DNA from: Ferroglobus placidus DSM 10642
GTDB taxonomy: Archaea; Halobacteriota; Archaeoglobi; Archaeoglobales; Archaeoglobaceae
NCBI RefSeq assembly: GCF_000025505.1
Contig: NC_013849.1
Span: 1,320,001 to 1,352,000, forward strand
Reading direction: 5' to 3'
DNA length: 32,000 nucleotides
Shown: piece after piece, positions 1-8,906 of the stretch
Layout: every line of letters starts with the position of its first letter
Position numbering within the stretch: the first letter of the stretch is position 1
Made by a program: the position numbers and the translations under genes
The notes under the pieces: model-generated
The model's input: only the letters and a program-made list of their open reading frames with translations
Told to the model about the DNA's origin: nothing
Databases searched by the model: none

Positions 1-5
1 GGAAA

Positions 6-220
6 CTCGATGAAAAGAGGATTGAAAGTGTTGTAGGCTTCGTTAGGCGTTCTTGCCCTAATTTTGGCCTCGATGAAAAGAGGATTGAAAGCTCATCGCC
101 CATCCACCTCCTCATAACCAACTCCGCAATTCCTCGATGAAAAGAGGATTGAAAGCTTCGTGTCCAAGTTGTAGAGCCACAACGCTATCCTGTACCTCTC
201 GATGAAAAGAGGATTGAAAG
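6..220 (+). CRISPR. Distal end of a CRISPR array: 4 identical 23-bp repeats CTCGATGAAAAGAGGATTGAAAG, spacers 40/41/42 bp
   Basis: Exact repeat copies at 6-28, 69-91, 133-155 and 198-220. The repeat ends in ATTGAAAG, the typical archaeal crRNA 5' handle, so transcription is probably on + with the leader left of the window. No cas genes in the window. Confidence 0.95.
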
Positions 221-493
221 TCAAATTCGCTCGAGCAAGTCTCCTATGACAACTCCGATGAGGAAAATAACTGCAAAGTACAGTATCACAAAAAGAATCG
301 CAAAAAAGCCGACTCCAGCCAGAAATAGGACTGCCGGGTGAGGGAAGATTAGAAAAGATGCTATCGCCAAAATTATTCCGAGTATTATCGAAAATTTTAA
401 CGCCGCTTTCAAAATACCGAGCAGATCCTCTTTCCCTTTTCTCGAATAACCGTAAATTACGCCGAGGAGGAAGGTTAAAAGTTCCAGAATCAT
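221..493 (-). CDS. Small hydrophobic membrane protein, unknown function
   Basis: 90-aa ORF with about 3 predicted hydrophobic helices; the stop codon abuts the last CRISPR repeat. Confidence 0.6.
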   Translation of the reverse strand: MILELLTFLLGVIYGYSRKGKEDLLGILKAALKFSIILGIILAIASFLIFPHPAVLFLAGVGFFAILFVILYFAVIFLIGVVIGDLLERI

Positions 494-494
494 T

Positions 495-1241
495 TTAGAA
501 TCCCGCGTAAACTTCTTCCCTCGAATGAACGACTATTCCTTCGTCGGTTATGTCGTAGGGGTGAATCTTCTTGCTGTGGTTCGTTCCTCTTAACTTGTAG
601 ATTTCCAAGCTCCTGATTCTAACGTTCTCGCTTCTCGTGTAGTAGAGAACTATCGTTCCCTCCGTAACGAAGTTCTCAACGCCGAATCTACTTATAGCTC
701 CTGATTCGATCACTTCAGCCGTTAAAATCGAAGTCAAACCGAGAACTTCGAGTGTCGTGCTGATTTTGAGAAGTTCTACTCTGAATTTCGCGGGATCGTT
801 TATTGCAAATCCGATGGCTGTTGTCGAATCTAAGGCAGCTCTTCTCGCTCCGATTTCGTCCTGAATCGTGATTATCTGATCTATCAAACTCCTCGTGTCG
901 AAGGGTCTTACGTCTATGTACTTCTCATCGCTCGGCAAACCTATCTTCGTTGATGTAGCGTCGACTATTGCGAGCATGTTTTCGTCTTCGAGCTTTTCCA
1001 AATCCCATCCGAACACTGCAAAGTGCTCTCTCAAGTGCTGCGGTCTTTCTTCGGTTGCAATGAATATCCCGGGCTCGTTGTAAAGAGTGGCGCCGTTTAC
1101 CAAGAATTGCATCGCAAATATCGTCTTTCCCGAGCCTGAAGGTCCGGCTATTAGCACGGTTCGATCTCTTACCAGCCCTCCCTCGCAGAGTTCGTCAAAG
1201 CCCGGAATACCGGTCGGACACCTCTCAAGTTTGATTTTCAT
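495..1241 (-). CDS. KaiC-like / RecA-superfamily ATPase
   Basis: GIPGFDELCEGGL and Walker A AGPSGSGKT typical of archaeal KaiC-domain proteins. The internal Met (MKIKLERCPTG) at 1241 is preferred over 1283 because a TATA-like element (ctataaaaagtt) lies about 23 nt upstream. Confidence 0.85.
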   Translation of the reverse strand: MKIKLERCPTGIPGFDELCEGGLVRDRTVLIAGPSGSGKTIFAMQFLVNGATLYNEPGIFIATEERPQHLREHFAVFGWDLEKLEDENMLAIVDATSTKIGLPSDEKYIDVRPFDTRSLIDQIITIQDEIGARRAALDSTTAIGFAINDPAKFRVELLKISTTLEVLGLTSILTAEVIESGAISRFGVENFVTEGTIVLYYTRSENVRIRSLEIYKLRGTNHSKKIHPYDITDEGIVVHSREEVYAGF

Positions 1242-1263
1242 ACAGCTGATGATTATCATACTA

Positions 1264-1293
1264 CTATAAAAAGTTAACCTCAAAGCTTAAATT
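1264..1293. promoter_or_regulatory. Divergent TATA-like elements between KaiC-like gene and fbp
   Basis: AACTTTTTATAG on - about 23 nt from the 1241 start; GCTTAAATT on + about 23-30 nt before the ATG at 1316. Both suggest leaderless transcripts. Confidence 0.5.
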
Positions 1294-1315
1294 AAATGAG
1301 GATTTATCATAATAC

Positions 1316-2428
1316 ATGAGTAAAATAACCGTCAGCCTGATAAAAGCAGATGTCGGCAGCGTAGCCGGACACACGACTGTTGCTGACGAACTTATTAAAA
1401 TTGCGGAAAACAACCTTTCTGAGGCAAAAGAAAGCGGATTGATAATTGATTTCAGGGTTTTCAAAGCCGGAGACGATTTGGAGCTTTTGATGACCCACAC
1501 GAAGGGCGTGGATAATGAAGAGATCCACAGGCTCGCTTGGGAAACCTTTGAAAAAGCGGCTGAAAAAGCAAAAGAACTAAAGCTTTACGGGGCTGGACAA
1601 GATCTTCTAGCAGACGCATTTAGCGGAAACGTGAGGGGAATGGGTCCCGGAGTGGCGGAAATGGAGTTTACGGAGAGAAAGGCTGAGCCGCTCATAGCGT
1701 TCATGATGGACAAGACTGAGCCGGGAGCGTTCAACCTTCCGATCTTCAGGATTTTCGCAGATCCCTTCAACACCGCTGGATTGGTGATCGATCCGAGCAT
1801 GCATCAGGGCTTCGTCTTCGAAATCTGGGACATAATGGAGCACAAAAGAGTGTTCATGAAAGCTCCGGAAGAGATGTACGACATCCTCGCTTTAATCGGA
1901 GCTAAGAGCAGGTTCGTTATTAAAAGAGTTTATCCCAAGCCCGGCGGAAAACTTCCGGAAGACGAGCCTGTTGCTGTGGTAAGCACGGAGAAGCTTTATC
2001 AAGTAGCCGGAGAGTACGTGGGAAAGGACGACCCGGTAGCTCTCGTCAGAGCTCAAAGCGGTTTACCGGCGGTTGGAGAAGTTCTCGAAGCGTTTGCTTT
2101 CCCACACTTGGTGAGCGGATGGATGCGTGGAAGCCACAACGGTCCGCTAATGCCGGTATCGTTTAAATACGCTAAGTGCACGAGGTTCGACGGTCCGCCG
2201 AGAGTTGTGGCAGCCGGCTTCCAGCTTTCTAATGGAAAGCTTATTGGGCCAGTAGACTTGTTCGACGATCCAGCTTTCGACTACACGAGACAGAAGGCTA
2301 TGGAGATAGCCGAATACATGAGGAGGCACGGACCATTCGAACCGCATAGATTGCCGAGGGAGGAAATGGAGTACACGACTTTGCCGAAAGTCATGGAAAA
2401 ACTCAAAGAAAGATTCGAAGAAATCTAA
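1316..2428 (+). CDS. fbp: Fructose-1,6-bisphosphate aldolase/phosphatase (archaeal bifunctional, class V FBPase)
   Basis: 370 aa; MSKITVSLIKADVGSVAGHT..., GNVRGMGPGVAEMEF, family-typical throughout. Confidence 0.93.
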   Translation: MSKITVSLIKADVGSVAGHTTVADELIKIAENNLSEAKESGLIIDFRVFKAGDDLELLMTHTKGVDNEEIHRLAWETFEKAAEKAKELKLYGAGQDLLADAFSGNVRGMGPGVAEMEFTERKAEPLIAFMMDKTEPGAFNLPIFRIFADPFNTAGLVIDPSMHQGFVFEIWDIMEHKRVFMKAPEEMYDILALIGAKSRFVIKRVYPKPGGKLPEDEPVAVVSTEKLYQVAGEYVGKDDPVALVRAQSGLPAVGEVLEAFAFPHLVSGWMRGSHNGPLMPVSFKYAKCTRFDGPPRVVAAGFQLSNGKLIGPVDLFDDPAFDYTRQKAMEIAEYMRRHGPFEPHRLPREEMEYTTLPKVMEKLKERFEEI

Positions 2429-2516
2429 ACTTATTTTTTTGCAAGAAAAAAGATTATATAACTCTGTTCTCTTAGAATATTGAGCAATACGAAAAAAAGT
2501 AGGAGAGAATAGATGT

Positions 2517-4082
2517 ATGATCTTTGCCGGTAGATATTACTCGCTCCTACAAAAGTACATACCGGAAAGCTGGGAAAATCTTGTAGAAGTTGAGGAAGGG
2601 GAGGAAGAGGCAGTACTCGAAGACTACTGGATTTTCAAACCATTCGTTTACGTGAGAATCGTTGAAGACGAGAGGGGAATTAGGTACAGAATCTTCGAAC
2701 CGAGTTTAACTGCCGAGGAGTACGAACTGCTCGAAGAAATCTATACGAATCTTTACGACATTCTCATTCTGAGGGACTTGAGGATTAGCATTGAGGAAAA
2801 AGCCGAAATTCTGGAAAAAGCTTTTAGAGACGTTCTGGAAATAATCCCCTACGAATTGGATGACGTTTTGATAGCGAAGTACAACTACTATCTCTTCAGG
2901 GACTTTTTGGGATTCGGTCCGATTGATCCTCTCCTCAACGACCCTTACATTGAAGACATAAGCTGCGACGGATACAAAATTCCGGTATACGTCTTTCACA
3001 GAAAGTACGGTCACATTCCGACAGACGTTGTTTTCGCAGAGGCGGAACTTGACAAATACGTCCAGTTTCTCGCTCAAATTTCAGGAAAACACTTGAGTCA
3101 CGGAAACCCGATGATAGACGCTACTCTGCCAGACGGTAGCAGAATTCAGGCAACCTACGGAACGGAAATTACGACGAGAGGGTCTTCCTTCTCGATTAGA
3201 AAGTTCTCAGAAAAACCGCTGATACCCCTCGACTTAATCAGGCTCGGGACGTATTCTGCAGAGCAGATGGCTTACTTCTGGCTATGCGTAGAAAACAAGT
3301 TGAACGTGCTCGTAATCGGAGAGACGGCTGCCGGAAAAACCACGACGCTTAACGCCATTTTGATGTTCCTCCCACCGAACGTCAAGGTGATATCTATAGA
3401 GGACACGAGAGAGATTTCTCTTTATCATGAAAACTGGATTGCCGAAGTGACGAGGGAAGCTGTTACCGAAGATGAGAAAGAAATAACTATGTACGATTTG
3501 TTAAAAGCTGCTCTGAGGCAGCGACCCGATTACATAGTCGTAGGAGAGGTTAGGGGCATCGAAGCTCAAACTCTGTTTCAAGCGATGAGTACCGGACATG
3601 CCGCATATTCGACTCTGCACGCTGGAGACATCCATCAAGCTATTTACAGACTTGAAACCGAGCCGCTTAACGTTCCGAGGAGTTTGATTCAATTCCTCGA
3701 CGTCGTTGCCGTGCAAACCCAGTGGACTAAACAAAAGGTCAGGCTGAGAAGGTGTAAAAAGATGTACGAAATTCTCGGCATAGATCCGAACGATAAAAAC
3801 TTGCTGATAAACGAAATTTTCAGCTGGGATCCGTACTCTGACAAGTTCGTTCAGGTTAATCCGTTGAGAAACCTTGAGAGGATAGCGGTGATTAGAGGGG
3901 AGAGTCCGGAAGACACAATAAGGGAACTTCGTAACAGAGCTGAGTTTTTAAAATACCTCATGAAGAGGGGTGTGGAGGACTACAAAACCTTCACGAGCAT
4001 GATTCATTCTTATTACAAGAGTCCGGAGGAAACTTTCGAAGTCATTTACGAAGAGGGAAAGCTCCATGAGCTCGAAGCTTGA
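2517..4082 (+). CDS. Type II/IV secretion system ATPase (GspE/PilT/TadA/ArlI-like)
   Basis: VIGETAAGKTTTLNAILMF Walker A, VISIEDTREI, RQRPDYIVVGEVRGIEAQTLFQAMSTGHAAYSTLHA Asp/His-box motifs. Confidence 0.93.
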   Translation: MIFAGRYYSLLQKYIPESWENLVEVEEGEEEAVLEDYWIFKPFVYVRIVEDERGIRYRIFEPSLTAEEYELLEEIYTNLYDILILRDLRISIEEKAEILEKAFRDVLEIIPYELDDVLIAKYNYYLFRDFLGFGPIDPLLNDPYIEDISCDGYKIPVYVFHRKYGHIPTDVVFAEAELDKYVQFLAQISGKHLSHGNPMIDATLPDGSRIQATYGTEITTRGSSFSIRKFSEKPLIPLDLIRLGTYSAEQMAYFWLCVENKLNVLVIGETAAGKTTTLNAILMFLPPNVKVISIEDTREISLYHENWIAEVTREAVTEDEKEITMYDLLKAALRQRPDYIVVGEVRGIEAQTLFQAMSTGHAAYSTLHAGDIHQAIYRLETEPLNVPRSLIQFLDVVAVQTQWTKQKVRLRRCKKMYEILGIDPNDKNLLINEIFSWDPYSDKFVQVNPLRNLERIAVIRGESPEDTIRELRNRAEFLKYLMKRGVEDYKTFTSMIHSYYKSPEETFEVIYEEGKLHELEA

Positions 4083-5970
4083 GCACATATCAATATTTTA
4101 CCCGAAAGTCCTCGCTAAGTACTACTTCAAGAAGTATTTGAAGAATAAAAGCAATTACGAGTGGCTTGAGGGAAGCCTAAGGGCTTCGAGGATTCCGCTG
4201 ACTGTTCCCGAGTTTCTTGCTGTAGTTAATTTCTACACGATCCTCTCAATTCCGTTAGCAATTTTTCTCTCGTACCTATCTTACCTAATTTCCGAAGACG
4301 TTTACGGCTTCGTCGTTAACGTAATTCCCGTTCGCTTAGGAATTCCAAATCCTAAGTTCTTCTTCTCTCTTGGATTAGCGTCTCTCATTGCTTTGCTAAC
4401 GCTGCTCGTTGTGAGGAACATCTTGCTGAGAATACCGTCTTTTATAGCGAGAAGCAGAAAAGCGAAGATCGACGCAACGCTTTATCACGTCGCAAGTTTA
4501 ATGCTCGGAATGGCTAAGGGAGGAACCCCTCTCCTCGAGCTTTTTAGAACTGTAGCAGAGGAAAGGCACGTCACGGGGGAAGTGGGGAAGGAATTTTCGA
4601 TAATAGTCAGGAACGTTACGGTTTTCGGAAAGGACATAATAACTTCGATAAAAGAAGTGGCTGCTACAACTCCCTCTCAAAAATTGAGAGATTTTCTGGA
4701 AGATCTTGCAGGCGTTTTAGAAGGAGGAAGTTCTTTATCTGAATTCTTGGAATTTAAAATAGCTCACCTCGCCGAAGAAAGGGAGAGAGCTTACCAGCTT
4801 TACATAAGCAGTTACGAAATCCTTGCTGAAATATATGTTGCTATGCTCATCGTAGCCCCTCTTTTCTCGCTAATCGTTTTCGTGGTCATGAACATGATAG
4901 GGGAGAGCACGATCAATTTGATGAAGGCGATGGTTTACCTCTACATTCCCATCGGCGGTCTATTCTTCGTATACCTCGTAAAATCGTCAAAACTCTTGGA
5001 AGAGAAAAAATGGAGAGGAGAGAGCGTAGTTGAAGTTTACTTGCACGCCACGGTCAACGGCAAATCTTCGAGGTTAAAGAGGAAGAGCGGAATTGTCGTG
5101 TTCATGAAGAGAGCGTCTAAGTGGTTGGAAAGAGCGATTAAAATGAGGGCTTTTCTGAGGAATCCAAAATTAATTTTCCTTCTTTCGATACCGGCTGCGG
5201 CGGTGTTTGCAGCGGTTTTCTTTAAAGTGATGAAAATGGAAAGCTTGCTTACGTTCTCTTTCGTAATTGCAACTCTTCCTTACGTCCTTCTTTACGAATA
5301 CAGATCCTACAAGCTGAGAAAACTTGAAAAGCACCTTCCGGACTTCTTAAGGGGGTTGGGCAGTTTAAACGAGAGCGGGCTCAATATCGTCACGGCAATA
5401 AAAGTTTTGTCAGCAACTCAGCTCGGAGTTCTTACCGAAGAGGTAAGAAAGATTAGAAAGGATATAGAGTGGGGAAGGCTCGTTACTGAAGCTCTGGAAA
5501 GGTTCGAAGATAGAGTCGGAAGCTCTCTCGTTTCAAAAGTTGTTTCGATAATAAACAAAGCGTTAATGGCTACGAGCAACGTAAAAGCTGCTATATTGGC
5601 TGCCGCAGCGGACGTTGAGTTACTTCTCGACTTCAGAGAGAGGTTGAAGAATGCGATGTTCACGTACATGGTCATAATATACGTTACCTTCGCAGTATTC
5701 CTGTTTACGGTAGTCGTGGTTCTTCAGAACTTCATTTCCGTTTTTTCGAACATCTCTGTGGGGCAAATAACCGGAATATACTTCAACCCTCCAGATCTTG
5801 CGAATCTAACGTCCCTCTTCTATCACGCTTCTCTAATCAACGCCCTCGTTAACGGAATCATAGCTGGAGTTATGAGCGAGGAGAGCGTTTCAGCCGGACT
5901 TAAACATTCAATAATTTTAATGCTTACCAGCCTGCTCGTTTTCGCCTATGTTGTGGGGGTGGGAATATGA
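4066..5970 (+). CDS. Type II secretion system F / TadC/ArlJ-like membrane assembly protein
   Basis: 634 aa with several hydrophobic segments and duplicated T2SSF-like regions (MLGMAKGGTPLLELFRTVAEE...; GLNIVTAIKVLSATQLG...). Overlaps the ATPase gene by 17 bp. Confidence 0.88.
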   Translation: MSSKLEHISIFYPKVLAKYYFKKYLKNKSNYEWLEGSLRASRIPLTVPEFLAVVNFYTILSIPLAIFLSYLSYLISEDVYGFVVNVIPVRLGIPNPKFFFSLGLASLIALLTLLVVRNILLRIPSFIARSRKAKIDATLYHVASLMLGMAKGGTPLLELFRTVAEERHVTGEVGKEFSIIVRNVTVFGKDIITSIKEVAATTPSQKLRDFLEDLAGVLEGGSSLSEFLEFKIAHLAEERERAYQLYISSYEILAEIYVAMLIVAPLFSLIVFVVMNMIGESTINLMKAMVYLYIPIGGLFFVYLVKSSKLLEEKKWRGESVVEVYLHATVNGKSSRLKRKSGIVVFMKRASKWLERAIKMRAFLRNPKLIFLLSIPAAAVFAAVFFKVMKMESLLTFSFVIATLPYVLLYEYRSYKLRKLEKHLPDFLRGLGSLNESGLNIVTAIKVLSATQLGVLTEEVRKIRKDIEWGRLVTEALERFEDRVGSSLVSKVVSIINKALMATSNVKAAILAAAADVELLLDFRERLKNAMFTYMVIIYVTFAVFLFTVVVVLQNFISVFSNISVGQITGIYFNPPDLANLTSLFYHASLINALVNGIIAGVMSEESVSAGLKHSIILMLTSLLVFAYVVGVGI

Positions 5971-7274
5971 ACGATAAAGCTCTCTCGCCAGTCTTGGGAT
6001 TCGTGTTAGTTTTCGCGATAATAATTGCCGGAATCGGGATGGTTCAAACGCTTTTCGTTCCGGCATGGATGAAGAGCGAAGAAGCTAAGCATTACTTCAA
6101 ACTCAAGGAAGAGTTTGAAAAATTGGACGATAAAATTATAGAAGCTGGAAACTTCAAATATTCGAGCTTGGACCTTCCCACTACGCTGAGGTACTCGAAA
6201 TATCCGTTTCTCATGACTCCTAATGTCGTTTCAAGCGAAGTGTGGGTTGAGGAAATCGGAAAAATTCGAATATTTGTGAACGGAAGTTCTGAGCCTGTAG
6301 AACTACCTCTAAAACTTATTGGGTTGAGACCGAATTATCTATACTCGCAAATGAACCCGGAAGTTTTCGTTCTGGGCTGTTACTTTTCCCTTGGAGAGAA
6401 AGCATCGTTAATCGAACCTTTCGAAATTGTTTCCGATAACTCAGCTTACATACTCGTTAGCGATTTGGAAAAAGCTGGAGAGCAGATGAGATTCTACGGA
6501 AATCACAGAGCTTATGAAGAAGCTAATTGGGTGAACATTTCCCTTTACCCGGAAAAGCTCGACAAATACGGGGGATTGTTGGAGGAGCTTAAGAAATTGC
6601 TCGATGAACTCAACGTAACATCGAGTGTTGGAAACAACTTCTTAAACTTCAGCACAAAAGATAAAGTTGTTCACCTTTACACAGCTTCAGACTCGGAGGT
6701 TAGGCTTAACGATTTGATAAAGCAAAGTGCCGTTGGAGATGGAGATAGGTTTAAAATAACCCTCGGAAACAGTTCCCACGACTTCTACACTTACAATGAA
6801 ACTGGGCAGCAGCTTAATTATAATGAAACATTCACAGTTAGTAAAAGCAATAACCAAGAATGGCTTGCCGGAGGAACTTTGTACATAACCGGCTACACTC
6901 CTTATTCTAACAGTATAATGAACGTGACGATAGAGTATGTCTATTGTGCTTCTCCAGATAATAATAAAAACGATAAAGAATCTTGTGATGTAGATGAATT
7001 TGATAGAGTAACTGTAAACACTCCGTGGAGAACGTTCAGCGATGGATATTTCCAGTTTCCGGTAACTGTCGCGTTAGCTTACAGAGTTAAAGGAGGGGCG
7101 GATACGCAATTTGGAATGCCTTACTGGATAAACGTGACGATAGAAGACCCTAACGGAGGTAAAACAGTCATTCCGATATTTATCGGAGAAGAAATTCAGC
7201 CCAAGAGTGGCTCTAATAGTAGTAGCTCTAATGAGGAAGAGAGCAAGAAAAAAAAGAGTACGTATAACGACTAA
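5967..7274 (+). CDS. Large pilin-like secreted/anchored protein with type IV pilin-like N-terminus
   Basis: N-terminus MNDKALSPVLGFVLVFAIIIAGIGMVQ (pilin-like SPV.G hydrophobic segment); long extracellular-type domain; overlaps upstream gene by 4 bp. Confidence 0.75.
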   Translation: MNDKALSPVLGFVLVFAIIIAGIGMVQTLFVPAWMKSEEAKHYFKLKEEFEKLDDKIIEAGNFKYSSLDLPTTLRYSKYPFLMTPNVVSSEVWVEEIGKIRIFVNGSSEPVELPLKLIGLRPNYLYSQMNPEVFVLGCYFSLGEKASLIEPFEIVSDNSAYILVSDLEKAGEQMRFYGNHRAYEEANWVNISLYPEKLDKYGGLLEELKKLLDELNVTSSVGNNFLNFSTKDKVVHLYTASDSEVRLNDLIKQSAVGDGDRFKITLGNSSHDFYTYNETGQQLNYNETFTVSKSNNQEWLAGGTLYITGYTPYSNSIMNVTIEYVYCASPDNNKNDKESCDVDEFDRVTVNTPWRTFSDGYFQFPVTVALAYRVKGGADTQFGMPYWINVTIEDPNGGKTVIPIFIGEEIQPKSGSNSSSSNEEESKKKKSTYND

Positions 7275-7292
7275 AATTCTTGTTTAGCAAAC

Positions 7293-7302
7293 CTTAAATA
7301 TA
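7293..7302 (+). promoter_or_regulatory. TATA-like element for the actin-like/coiled-coil/MinD sub-operon
   Basis: CTTAAATATA about 35-42 nt before the ATG at 7335. Confidence 0.45.
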
Positions 7303-7334
7303 ATCCACCAAAAATTTAAACGGGGGTTGCCGTT

Positions 7335-8384
7335 ATGAGCGAGGTGGAAGAGAAGAAGGAAGCCGAAAAAGTGGAAGGTAATGTGGTTCCGATTGGAATG
7401 AAAGTGGGTTCTCAGAGGACCGTTATAGCGAAGGGGGACGAAGTAATCGTTGTGGAGACCTGCATAAAGGAGAAGGAGAATCCGATAACCGGAGAAAAGG
7501 ATTACGTAGTAGGTAACGAAGCGGCTGAGCTTTACGGAGATGAAGCTGTTTACATGCTTCGCGGTGGCTTGCCGGGGAATGAGGAAGAAGCAGAACTCCT
7601 GAAAATTTTCCTGACGAAAATAGCGAAGGCGTATGAAATTCCGGAGAACTCTTACGTCACCTACGGAATTCCGTCGACTGAAACTGAAGAGGGTGTTAAT
7701 TTATTTAAGAAGGTCATAAGTCAGGTTCCAATTGGCTGGGCTGGAAAGGAAGTTTGGAACGACTCGTTTTTAGCTGCTTTAGCGCTTCCCGAAGGTTTGG
7801 GGATGCTCGAAAAAACGTTCATAGTCGTTAACCTCGGCTCTTCAACCACGGATGTCGTGGCTGTTAGGAAGGGAGAGATAGTTTTCAGTATGGTCACCGG
7901 AGAAGTTTCTGGGGACTTAGTTGACAGGTGGATAAAGAACGAGATAATGAATCTCACGAGAGGTGCCGTAAACGTAGATCTGTCTACTGCGAGGGAGTAC
8001 AAGGAGAAGTACGCGAATTTAAAGGAGTGGAAGAGGGTGGAAGAGAAAGTGCAGCTTTTCGAAAAAGGACAGTTCAGCTTCAGGCTCGATGAAGCTGTCA
8101 ACAAACCGGTGGAAAGGTATTTGGACGCTCTCGTAGACTTCATAACCCTCGAATTCCTGCCTTCGTTAGCTGAATTCAACTTCAAAGCTTACAAAGTCCT
8201 GCTCGAATCTGAGTTCATTCTAACCGGAGGCATGGCTGAAATTCCGGGTTTAAAGGAGAAGTTTGCAGCAAAGCTTTCAGAAGCTCTCGGATTTGGAGTT
8301 AAGGTTAGAAGTCCGGAAAATCCGCTAACAGCTTCAGCGAGGGGTGCTTTACTAATTTCGCAACTCAGGGTGAGGAGAGGGTAA
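7335..8384 (+). CDS. Actin/Hsp70-superfamily ATPase (MreB/FtsA/PilM-like)
   Basis: VVNLGSSTTDVVAVRKGEIVFSMVTGEVSGD (phosphate-binding signature) and EFILTGGMAEIPGLKEKFAAKL (adenosine-binding motif). Confidence 0.8.
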   Translation: MSEVEEKKEAEKVEGNVVPIGMKVGSQRTVIAKGDEVIVVETCIKEKENPITGEKDYVVGNEAAELYGDEAVYMLRGGLPGNEEEAELLKIFLTKIAKAYEIPENSYVTYGIPSTETEEGVNLFKKVISQVPIGWAGKEVWNDSFLAALALPEGLGMLEKTFIVVNLGSSTTDVVAVRKGEIVFSMVTGEVSGDLVDRWIKNEIMNLTRGAVNVDLSTAREYKEKYANLKEWKRVEEKVQLFEKGQFSFRLDEAVNKPVERYLDALVDFITLEFLPSLAEFNFKAYKVLLESEFILTGGMAEIPGLKEKFAAKLSEALGFGVKVRSPENPLTASARGALLISQLRVRRG

Positions 8385-8906
8385 ATGACTGAAGAGCTAT
8401 TAAGCCGGGCTGAGAATTTATTAAAAAAATGGGACTCCCTCTTTGAGGAATTGAAGAAATTCGTTGATGAGGACCTTCCTAAAATAGAAACCAGTATAAA
8501 AAAGGTGGTTGAAAGAATGCATTTACTTGAGAATAGAGTCGATAAAATAGAGAAAAAGTTAGAGCGAATTGTTTTCGAAAACGAGAGTTTAAAAAAGACA
8601 TTCAACAATCTTAGGGAGGGGGTATTTACTTTAGAGGCGGAAATAAACGGAAAGATTGAAGGGTTAAAGTGTACATTTGAAACTCTTGAAAACAAGGTGG
8701 AAAATCTTTTGAAATATGAATCAGAAAAAAAAGCTGGTGAAGTTGGGAGCGAGGAACTAGAAAAGTTAAGAGAAGAAATAACAGAATTAAAGAAGAGCGT
8801 TGATCAATTATCTACGGAACTTTCTCAATTGAAAAGTAGTGTTACTGAAAAGTTTTGGTCTGTGAGAGAGAAAAAAGTGGAAAGTAAATCACCAAGAATT
8901 TTGTGA
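8385..8906 (+). CDS. Coiled-coil protein, unknown function
   Basis: 173 aa, heptad-rich (IETSIKKVVERMHLLENRVDKIEKKLERIV...); starts directly after the upstream stop. Confidence 0.75.
   Translation: MTEELLSRAENLLKKWDSLFEELKKFVDEDLPKIETSIKKVVERMHLLENRVDKIEKKLERIVFENESLKKTFNNLREGVFTLEAEINGKIEGLKCTFETLENKVENLLKYESEKKAGEVGSEELEKLREEITELKKSVDQLSTELSQLKSSVTEKFWSVREKKVESKSPRIL

Noticed and set aside
1264-1500. Short antisense ORF at the fbp 5' end
   Set aside because: Overlaps the strongly supported fbp gene and its promoter, with no recognizable family.
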